Assembly (NCBI GenBank): GCA_973851085.1
Contig: OZ316775.1
Span: 1-64,000 of the forward strand
Reading direction: 5' to 3'
DNA length: 64,000 nt
Source: Ptychomitrium polyphyllum
Lineage: Eukaryota
This document shows positions 1-8,501 of this stretch, piece after piece. Under the pieces are notes generated by a model that was not told where the DNA came from, did not search any database, and saw only the letters and a list, made by a program, of their open reading frames with translations. A program made the position numbers and the translations under genes. The number at the start of each line of letters is the position of its first letter. Within the stretch, counting starts at the first letter, position 1.

Positions 1-2
1 CC

Positions 3-1163
3 TTGTTGTGCTCCAATTACGTGTGCGCGGCAGTGATGCACGTGCTGGGCGGACCGATGCAAGAGAGGGAGGGAACGGGAGCAGCAGGAGCTCCTCGGCC
101 ATGTGAGAGGGGTGAGGCACCCGCGGAGGTGAGGCCGAGTGCGGGGAATGCGAGCATGGGCGAGTGCAGTAGCAGGGGGCCGCGGAGATCGCCGATCAAG
201 GAATTGGCGGGGCCGGGGCCGGCAGGACGTGCCGCGGGTGCGGAGCAGGACGTACCAGGTGCGGGAGGATTACGCCAGTTGGCAGGCCGGACGGGACTTG
301 TGCAGCACGGGACGGGGCTGAAGGCGGTGCTTTTGGCACAGATTCACCAACTGCAGACTACTGCGAGCAGGCTGGAGGACGAGAGCAGCTTGAGGAAGGA
401 ATTGGAGAAGGGGAAGGAACTGCTGGAGGAGAAGAATGGCAGACTGGCGGAAGTGAATGGTCAGCTGAGGGACGCCGCAGAGTTGAACGCGAGATTGGAG
501 CGGCAGTACCTCGCGTTTGAGGATTCGTGGAGCAGGGAGAAGCAGCTGCTGCTGGACACGATACGCATCGAGAAGCAAGAGCGTGCGGAGCTTCTCGGGA
601 AGTGGGAGGGAGAGCGCAGGAAAGTTGCGGAATTGGAAAGGGACCGGAAGCGGGTGGGAGAGCAGCTGGCGAAGCAGAAGGAGGCATCGCACGCCGAGAT
701 TGCGGAGCTCAGGGTGACGGTGGCCAATTTGCAGAAGGATCTGGGTGGGAAGGAGCGGGACGGTCCTCCAGTTCAATCCGCCGAGGGCGTAGAAGGACTG
801 AAGCAGCGGATTGAGCAGCAGCAGACGCGATTGGATGCGCAGAACACCCGGCTCCTACAACTGGAGTCGCAGATGAGGGAGTTGGGCACCTACAACGAAG
901 AACTGACGGCCCAATTGAGGAAGGGGAGGGAAGGATCGGAGACGACGGAGACTGATTCATCTGCGGAGGCCGATGGGGAGGAAGTTGAGCAGGAGGGGGA
1001 GGGAGTTCCGCAGGGGCGCGGGGAGGTTCAGCAGGAGCGGGGGGAAGTTCAGCGGGAGCGGGGGGAAGTTCGGCAGGAGCGCGAGGAGGTTCAGCAGGAG
1101 CGCGAGGAGGTTCAGCGGGAGCGGGAGCAGGTATCCGGCAAGGGGAAAGAAGTTGCGGGGTGA
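3..1163 (+). CDS. Intronless coiled-coil protein (~375-386 aa; true start uncertain, first in-frame ATG at 36), candidate structural ORF of the telomere-associated element
   Basis: Long open frame. The central ~200 aa are E/K/R/Q/L-rich heptads (LEDESSLRKELEKGKELLEEKNGRLAEVNGQL...LKQRIEQQQTRLDAQNTRLLQLESQMRELGTYNEELTAQL), followed by C-terminal EVQQERE repeats. Confidence 0.6.
   Translation: MLCSNYVCAAVMHVLGGPMQEREGTGAAGAPRPCERGEAPAEVRPSAGNASMGECSSRGPRRSPIKELAGPGPAGRAAGAEQDVPGAGGLRQLAGRTGLVQHGTGLKAVLLAQIHQLQTTASRLEDESSLRKELEKGKELLEEKNGRLAEVNGQLRDAAELNARLERQYLAFEDSWSREKQLLLDTIRIEKQERAELLGKWEGERRKVAELERDRKRVGEQLAKQKEASHAEIAELRVTVANLQKDLGGKERDGPPVQSAEGVEGLKQRIEQQQTRLDAQNTRLLQLESQMRELGTYNEELTAQLRKGREGSETTETDSSAEADGEEVEQEGEGVPQGRGEVQQERGEVQRERGEVRQEREEVQQEREEVQREREQVSGKGKEVAG
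979..1131 (+). repeat. 21-bp coding tandem repeat (~7 units, GAGGAGGTTCAGCAGGAGCGC-like) encoding EVQQER(G/E)
   Basis: Visible 21-nt periodicity inside ORF 3..1163. Confidence 0.85.
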
Positions 1164-1347
1164 TGGGAGTAGTTTTGAGAGCTCGGGTTCTGGTGAAGAT
1201 TGTGTTTGCGAGGGCGCTGCAGAGGGAGGAGCGACCAGGCTGCGTAGAATGCCGAATATTGCATATGCTGAACATGACAATGATAGGATGTTAGACGGAA
1301 TTGGTGAGCCGGTAGGACGGCAGTTTAGGAAGTTTGTATGATATCTG

Positions 1348-1594
1348 CTCTCGTGTTTTGAAATTCCCAACTCCGACTTCTGATGACTCCCGTGTTTTGA
1401 AATTCCTTTTTAAACTCCGACTTCTGATGTCTCCCGTGTTTTGAAATTCCTTTGTAAACTCCGACTTCTGATGTCTCCCGTGTTTTGAAACTCCCAACTC
1501 CGGCTTCTGATGTCTCCCGTGTTTTGAAACTCCCGACTCCGACTTCTGATGTCTCCCGTGTTTTGAAATTCCCGACTCCGGCCTCTGATGTCTC
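1348..1594. repeat. Minisatellite, 6 units of 39-44 bp (CTCCCGTGTTTTGAAA(T/C)TCC..ACTCCGACTTCTGATGT)
   Basis: Units start at about 1348, 1387, 1431, 1475, 1514 and 1553. Confidence 0.92.
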
Positions 1595-2463
1595 ATTGCC
1601 TAGGCGACCGGGTTTTAGGGTGTGTGCCAGTGTCGGCGCATGAATCCTAGATGCGGGTGTCGTCTGCGGCGTTCCAATCCGGGTTTGACACATGGCGGTA
1701 TCTTCAGTCCTGTGCTCAGTTCTCCGCGCCTCCAGTGCCATGTCATCCGGCCTGGCTTTCCCCTCTACCCGACATGTCCGTCACGTCCGTCAGCATGCGC
1801 CTACGTGCATGCGCCCGGAATTTCGGAATTTCGTGCCTGTTGTGGGCGAATTTCGGCACCCAGTTAAACCTGGTCACTCGACAGTTCTTACACTCGACAG
1901 TTCTGATGTTTTCGTGGTCGCTCAGACCCGGTCCCCGAAATGGACCATCAACTTGCATTCTTCATGCTCTTTCGGAAAAGGCCTCGCGCGTCTTCATCCG
2001 ATACCGCATGAGGCCGTCACGAGAGGATGAAGTATGACGGGCCTTAACTTCATCCGTCCACAACTCGGGCATGTTGAGCCCGGTGAACGAAAGCCATACC
2101 ATTCCGAACTCCCGTTCGGAGCTCCTACACCGTGGGAGAACCCGGTCACACAAGTGACTCCCCCCCCCCCCCACTGCATGGCCGCATGTGCCGTCACACA
2201 TGTTGACTTTCTCACTGCGTTGTCGTATGACCCCAAACCACCCTGGAGCACAATGTGGGCGCCTTGGCACACGGCGTTCCGAATCCCAGTGCCCAGTGAT
2301 GATGAAATGAATCTCGTTTCCCCTTGTTTTCCTCACTGACAGTGATGAACTCTATTACTACAACCCCTGGTCCACTTGAACACTGATTTCTTATGTTGCA
2401 ACAAGTACGACGATGGAAGGTAATGTCAGCACTCTAAGCACAGTCAGAGAGATAACTCCTCCT

Positions 2464-2790
2464 GAAAACATGCACTAGTATTATCCACCGAGCAGTTCGG
2501 CTTACAATATTGCATTTATTGATACGATAGCCTAGTGCTTGGTGATTTATCTTGATACTGGTCTTGTTTCCGAATATATGATGAAGGGGTTTCCCCGAGG
2601 CAAAAATAATTGCCGATTCTTCTCTCTACATAACTGTGTCACTCCCTTCGGTTGATGTCAATTGCCGACTTGCATAATACATCAGTCGATCATGACCTTC
2701 ATCATCGATTGTGACAGTATCGTACTTACACCTTCTCCGGAAGCATGAGTATACACAATAAAGATAACAGTATACATTGGAACGTAATGT
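2464..2790 (-). pseudogene. Degenerate Ty3/gypsy LTR-retrotransposon pol fragment (RNase H domain)
   Basis: Manual minus-strand translation gives FIVYTHASGEGVSTILSQ / frameshift / DDEGHDRLMYYASRQLTSTEGSDTVM*REESAIIFASGKPLHHIFGNKTSIKINHQALGYRINKCNIVSRTARWIILVHVF. This matches the gypsy RNase H pattern (TDAS..GAVLSQ..YYASRQL..E..A..FA..F.HY..G..TDHQAL..GR.ARW). A possible integrase remnant lies at ~1800-2340 but is weak. Confidence 0.8.
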
Positions 2791-2799
2791 CGACAGTAG

Positions 2800-3100
2800 C
2801 CAGTGAGGCCGACGGATTATGTGAGTCTAATTCAACAACATTCTGATGTCGTCACAGTTGGGTGCAAAGAAGCCGAACCACCCTAAAACCTGGTCGACGG
2901 TACAGACATCAGATCATCACCCGAAGGAAAATTTAGAAGCGAATCCAAAATCTCATGTATACTTCATGAACGTATTTCACATACAAAATGGCCAGTATCG
3001 GGCCCCGAACCCCTACCCCGGCACTGTACTGGATGGCTGGCCAGTCCGGGCGACCCGATTCGAACCCAGTACCGAAACTTCGAACCCAATACCCTGAACC
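2800..3100. repeat. Dispersed ~300-bp module, diverged paralog of 5745-6090
   Basis: Shared blocks CGGATTATGT, AACCACCC, CATCACC.GAAG.AAAATT, AAGCGAATCCAAAATCT, CATGAACGTA.TT, ACAAAATGG and CCAGTATCGGG occur in the same order in both copies. Confidence 0.8.
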
Positions 3101-3536
3101 CGATACCATGAACCCGATACCCCGAACCCGGCTCCCGTACCGCGGTACTGGATGACTGGTCCGTCTAGGCGACCCAATTCGAACGCTGGACCGAAATACC
3201 GGACCCTAAACCCGGAGCCGTAGACCCTGAACCCGTGAACCGTAGCCCGGTACCGGGTGGCTGTTCCGTCCTGGCTACCCAATTCGGACCCCGTACCGGG
3301 ACATGGGTTCCGCGGCGACCGATTCCGGCTGCACCGATACCGATCCCGTCCGACTTTCGAGACCGGTCGTGTTCCGCGTGGGAGTGCCCGAACCTGGTCG
3401 CTCGGGCCCCATACAGAGACGGCGAGTAATGGACGCCGTCTTCCTTATTCCAAAATGGGGCCGGTGGCCACATACGAGTCTCCGACGGGGAGCACGACAG
3501 CGGGTGTGAACCCTCCGGCGACACACTCTCTACAAT

Positions 3537-4718
3537 CTAAGCCTCCTTCTTAATGTACTTCTTCTTGACGCCTATGAGAGCCATGTACTTATCCTTGATA
3601 TCCACATTGGTGCGGCCGGGTAGTTCGTCTTGAAACCTGGTCAAGATCTGCTTCCATTTTCCAATACCGTATTTTCTGACGCCGGCCCTCAGTACCTCTA
3701 CCTCCCGGTCCGTCCACTTCCTTCTCTGCCTTCCCTGTGTCGAACCGGATGCTGGGGGCGCCACGAAATGGTCGGCGGATTCATCGCTGGTGGGTTCGAG
3801 GCTTCGCTCGGCCGCTTTGGGCTGCAGGTCGTCCTCCTCGAGAAGTCGCTTCCCGTTCTGCTGGTGTGCCTCCCGGCTCGGCCCATCTTCAGGCAGGCAC
3901 ACGGGGGGGCCGAACACGGCACGGTGTGGGCCCACTAACGGAGGGGGAGATCCTGGATCCGACAGTTCCTGGTCGGTGGAGGTCTGCCTCGAGCCGACTG
4001 CGAACCCCGCAGCCCCTAGAGCTCGGATATCTTGCTGATGCTGGTCGGCTTGCTCCGCGATGAGCTGCTCCAGTTGGGAGCATCTTCTGTTGAAATGGTT
4101 CTCCAGGTCATTCAACCTGGTAGCTTCGCAGATGCCGCTGGCTCCTGCAAGGGGAGGCCCATCTCCTGGAGCTGCTCCTGGCGGCTGGACTTCCGGGGGG
4201 CGCCTCCCAACAACGGCGGTTTGTATGGGTGCGTCGAGCGCCAAGGATCCGAACGAAGCCCAAGCTCTCTGTGCCAGTATGGAGAGCTTGTCCCGGATGG
4301 CCTCGTATTGTCTGGGATTGTCCTGTGCGCCTGGAATCCACCCTCTGAGCTCGTTTTTCAGCTCCCGGATGGGATCGAGGAAGTCCTCCGGTTGTAGGGC
4401 ATGTCTCAGGCGCCCCCCGACCACCGTATCCTTCAGCTTCACCTCATCCTTGCCGACGAGCATCGTATATGTGAGGGTTCGCAGGAGTCGCTTGACTTGC
4501 TTGATGCTGTGCCTTTCGAGCGGAGGAGTCGACAGTAGACCGGTGACATCTCTGATTATGGACATCTGAGTCAGTCGGGGAACTCCTTCTGGAAAGGGCA
4601 CTTCCTTCCGGAACTCCTCCAGCACTAGAACTCCATCCGTGCACTTTAACATGAATTCCCAAACCCACAACTCTCGCGACCAGAGCCAGGAATCCTGCCT
4701 GCACTCGATGGGCGCCAT
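3537..4718 (-). CDS. Intronless protein with a C-terminal single Myb/SANT telobox domain (TRF-like telomere-repeat-binding type) and a central coiled coil
   Basis: The C-terminus RRKWTDREVEVLRAGVRKYGIGKWKQILTRFQDELPGRTNVDIKDKYMAL matches the TRF/TRB Myb consensus (W...E...L..GV.KYG.G.W..IL.....GRT.VDLKDKW). First ATG at 4718. Confidence 0.8.
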   Translation of the reverse strand: MAPIECRQDSWLWSRELWVWEFMLKCTDGVLVLEEFRKEVPFPEGVPRLTQMSIIRDVTGLLSTPPLERHSIKQVKRLLRTLTYTMLVGKDEVKLKDTVVGGRLRHALQPEDFLDPIRELKNELRGWIPGAQDNPRQYEAIRDKLSILAQRAWASFGSLALDAPIQTAVVGRRPPEVQPPGAAPGDGPPLAGASGICEATRLNDLENHFNRRCSQLEQLIAEQADQHQQDIRALGAAGFAVGSRQTSTDQELSDPGSPPPLVGPHRAVFGPPVCLPEDGPSREAHQQNGKRLLEEDDLQPKAAERSLEPTSDESADHFVAPPASGSTQGRQRRKWTDREVEVLRAGVRKYGIGKWKQILTRFQDELPGRTNVDIKDKYMALIGVKKKYIKKEA

Positions 4719-5400
4719 CCGCAATTGCGACCTCCTTGCAGCGGATCCCGGAGATCAGGGAATGCTTGCAAAGTCACGGGTCAAGAGATCGGCGTGGTTC
4801 ACACCAAGATCTGCCGGACCGGATCAAAATAAAATCAAAACAGGCCGCAGTAATGGGGGGGGGGGGGGGTTTATTTCGGAATGAGCAGATACCTTACAGG
4901 AGGAATGGGTACGACCGAGAAGATGCCGTCCGTGGGAGGTGAACAGGGAATATACTGAATACATAGAGGACATCGATTGGGAACACACTCAAAACTTGCA
5001 GTCACGATCGGAACCGCGAAATCCCCTGGACCTGCGGAAACTCGCACAAGTCGGAGACCTCTAGGATCGGGTCTGGACACTACGATCGGACCACGGAAAT
5101 CCCCATGAATGCGAAAGCCACGAGAACTTCCATCAAAACCATGGGTCGTGCGGATGGAGGGGTACATTACCATCAACTATGTGCCCGGACGGCAGTGGCA
5201 GAGGACCCACCAGCACGTGCCGCACCAAAAATGAATTGAAAACATATCCACAATATAAACTGAGCACATGGTACATAATAGCGCCTACAAGTGTGGTGAC
5301 TCTATTCAGGGAGGAGCGTAGGAAAGTAAAAGGAAAATCACTCTGCGATATGAACGGTAAGAGAAGAAAAAGCCGTCCAAACTGCCGCTGCACCGGCTGT

Positions 5401-5550
5401 GAACTGAGGCTCTGCCTAGAAACTACCGGTGAACTGAAGCTGTGCCTAAAATTTGCAGGTGAAGTGAAGCTGTGCCTAAAAATTGCAGGTGAAGTGAAGC
5501 TGTGCCTAAAAATTGCAGGTGAAGTGAAGCTGTGCCTACAAATTGAAGGT
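5401..5550. repeat. 30-bp tandem repeat, 5 units (GAA(C/G)TGAAGCTGTGCCTAAAAATTGCAGGT)
   Basis: Directly visible. Related units occur at ~6595-6660, 9190-9245 and 9830-9890. Confidence 0.9.
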
Positions 5551-5744
5551 GAATTGGTCACTCTGCCCAATCCTGCGGCGGACTATGCCGTCAACCCACG
5601 AGCCCACGTTCAGGTATTCCGATGTTTTTGTATAGCCTCGGAGTTTTTGGCGTTATGAATCGAAACAGTGAATGGTTGAGTATAAGTTTCTCGTCACTGC
5701 ACGGAAGGCCTCATAGCTGTGGCGTTCATATAATCCACAGAACA

Positions 5745-6140
5745 TGAGACCGGCGGATTATGTAGGTCTGACTCAACTGCATTCTTCAATCGCCACAACC
5801 GGATGAGAAGGAGCCAAACCACCCTCAACCTCCGACAGTGTGAACATCGGACCATCACCTGAAGAAAAATTCGAAAGCGAATCCAAAATCTGATATATAT
5901 TCCATGAACGTACTTGATACACAAAATGGGACGGGAAGGTGGACATTCAAACACACATTTGACATATAAGTGCGAGGATACGACGACCGGCTCAAGGAGG
6001 GCGCCGACCAGTATCGGGTCCTCAACCCCTAAACCCCGGTACTATACTGGATGGCCGGTCCGTCCTGGCGACCCATTCCGAAACCCTAAACCCTAGAAAC
6101 CCAGTACCCTAAACCCGAAGCCCAGTACCCTAAACCCCTG
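5745..6140. repeat. Second copy of the ~300-bp module, ending in degenerate telomeric repeats (AAACCCTAAACCCTAG..CCCTAAACCC..CCCTAAACCCC)
   Basis: Similarity to 2800-3100; CCCTAAA motifs at ~6027 and 6081-6138. Confidence 0.75.
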
Positions 6141-6947
6141 ATTCCCTGAGCCCGAAGACGGATGGAAAACTAGAAATCAAAACAGGGTTACCTACGTTCC
6201 ATTCCAACTTCCTCCCAATCCTCAGAGTCCTCCCAGTATCTTGCGATTTCGGAGTTGCGGGTCAGGGCGAGCATGACCGAGTACCGGCTCCGGAACCCGT
6301 ACCCCAGTACTGGATAGCCGGTCCGTCCAAGCGACCCAATTCGGACCCGGTACCGAGATACCGGTTCCACCGGGGCCAATCCCGGATGCACCTCCGAAGC
6401 TTATTGGGGACATCAATGCACTGCATGAAAGACCTCGATACATATCATCGTTCGACGGTCAGCAGCTGTCTCCTCTATGGCCTCCTTGGGCTGACTGGGG
6501 AATGACATTCGACCCTTTTGGAAGAGAGCCGAGTTCATCTGGTGAATCATTGTTGGGAACAGAGGGCCGTCGACACTGCCGCTGCACCGGCTGTGAACTG
6601 AAGCTCTGCCTAGAACTGCCGGTGAACTGAAGCTGTGCGTAAAAGACGCAGGTGAACTTGTCGCTCTGCCTGAACCTGCGGCGGACTGTAATGCCAGCCG
6701 ACGAGCGCTGGGTTCTTTTTGGAGCAACCGGCATCTCCGGGTCCCGCACCCCCCTACGCTGGGTTAGCTACTGGACGAGACGTCGGCATCTTGCAACGAC
6801 GGAACTTTGGAGATCCGCATGTTGAGGGACCACGCGGACGGTGGTCGGAGGTGGACACCGGCGACAGACGCCGAGTATCCCGGGGCAATTTGGACATCAG
6901 TATCCGATGCACGTGATCACTGCACGACCAGATGCGGCCCGGTTTCG

Positions 6948-8501
6948 CTACGTCTCGAATGAGTCCACTGGACAACGGAATGTTTCATTGTCCGACCCTA
7001 AACCCTCTGGCTTGGCCTTCACATGTCTCCTCCAATTCCTGCCGTATTTGTTGATGAAGTGGCGGGCGCCGGTGACCCGATCCACGTACACCCCTTCCAT
7101 TTTCCAGTACCCGCCTCCTCTCACCTTCTGCAGCATGGTGGGATGGGGGTCCCTCTCCCTCGCCCGACTGTGATTCTGCCAGGACGCGTTGTCCAGGAAG
7201 TCCTGGATCACGGGCCGGTTGTGCGCATCATCCAGCTCCCAACCGTCGTAGTGGAACAACGGACGCTCTTTCCGTACCTGCTGATCCACCACAGCCCCCC
7301 CCCAATTCCGAGCGTCCTTGAGGTGACGCCGCATGTGTTTGCCGCTCCATCCGACTGCCTGGCGAGCCCTCGTGAGGGCGGACCGCATCGCGATGCTCGG
7401 CGTGCAATCGTTCCCGCCCAGTACCAGGCCTTGCAGTATCCGGACCTTCGATCTGAGGTTGTGCAGGACTTCGTGGGCGGAAATGCTTTGGGTGCGGAAC
7501 GGCCCCCCCAGCAATCTCTCGATGCCCTGCAATTGCAGCAGCCCCAGGTCCGAACACATACGGTGGGCCTCCGCGACTGTGTGGGCACGTGCGATGGACA
7601 CTTCGATCCTGGTGCCCAGCAGGCGTTCCCTCAACGTCGCACCGTCGTACCCTTCCCATGCTCGTAATAGTTTCTCCATCTGCTCCGCCCGGATGCGCAT
7701 GGTGCGGATCGTCTTGGGCATGTCGTCCAGGCTGTGCCTCGGTATGGCGGACAGGACATCATGGCACGGCTCGTGGTAGATTTTGACCTTCCCGATCCCT
7801 TCGTGGCCCGATAGGTAGAACTCCAGGGAGCCGTGGTTGGGAATGTCGAACATCTCGTGTATTTTGCCCTGCCTGAATCTTCGAACGGGACCGAACTGAC
7901 CCTCGCCGAAGCAGAGGACATCTATCGTCGCTGCAGGCAGCAGCGTCCCGATGTCGAATTGGTTCCTCCTCCCCACAGCTACTCTCCCGCGGAGGGCCGT
8001 GTGGTACTGCACGAAGCGGTCGATTCTAGGCTGGGCTTTCTGGTAGGCCCACTTCATGCCATAGAACCCCACCCGGCGTTCCACATGGCCGCACGCCCGG
8101 AGCGCTTCCACCATCGCTCGGAGGGGGACGTTCACCTGGCTCCTGGCGAGGACCATGTCGTGGTTGCTGAGAGTCAGCGCCAGCCCATGGCCCCTTCGCA
8201 ACTCCTGGCAGATGGAACGCTTCTGGTCCTCCCTCTCCGCATCCGAGAGCCCTGCATCCACCTTCACGACGATCGGGTCGGATATGACGTGCAACCACTC
8301 CCTGTAGAATTCGGAATCCTTCACGCGGATTCTGCGGTTGGCTGGACGCACGATCTCTCCGACCAGGCCGTGTAGATCACGGAGATCCATCATGAAGCAC
8401 GCGGAGTCGATATCTGTATGGAGTGGGTCGGCGGTGGTGGATCCGGTCCCCAACCCGGGCTGACGCCCGGGACGCCCGCTGACATTCGCAACAGCGTCCA
8501 T
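6948..8501 (-). CDS. 517-aa intronless protein of unknown function (copy 1)
   Basis: Long ATG-initiated ORF with globular, enzyme-like composition, intact in both copies. Confidence 0.75.
   Translation of the reverse strand: MDAVANVSGRPGRQPGLGTGSTTADPLHTDIDSACFMMDLRDLHGLVGEIVRPANRRIRVKDSEFYREWLHVISDPIVVKVDAGLSDAEREDQKRSICQELRRGHGLALTLSNHDMVLARSQVNVPLRAMVEALRACGHVERRVGFYGMKWAYQKAQPRIDRFVQYHTALRGRVAVGRRNQFDIGTLLPAATIDVLCFGEGQFGPVRRFRQGKIHEMFDIPNHGSLEFYLSGHEGIGKVKIYHEPCHDVLSAIPRHSLDDMPKTIRTMRIRAEQMEKLLRAWEGYDGATLRERLLGTRIEVSIARAHTVAEAHRMCSDLGLLQLQGIERLLGGPFRTQSISAHEVLHNLRSKVRILQGLVLGGNDCTPSIAMRSALTRARQAVGWSGKHMRRHLKDARNWGGAVVDQQVRKERPLFHYDGWELDDAHNRPVIQDFLDNASWQNHSRARERDPHPTMLQKVRGGGYWKMEGVYVDRVTGARHFINKYGRNWRRHVKAKPEGLGSDNETFRCPVDSFET

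Noticed and set aside
1378..1410. Possible hammerhead ribozyme core CTGATGA...GAAA in the 39/44-bp array
   Set aside because: Only one unit has CTGATGA (the others have CTGATGT), and no stem II pairing or cleavage-site stems are evident.
4855..4869. G15 run (and C13 run at 2160-2172)
   Set aside because: Simple homopolymers whose lengths are error-prone, with no evidence of function.
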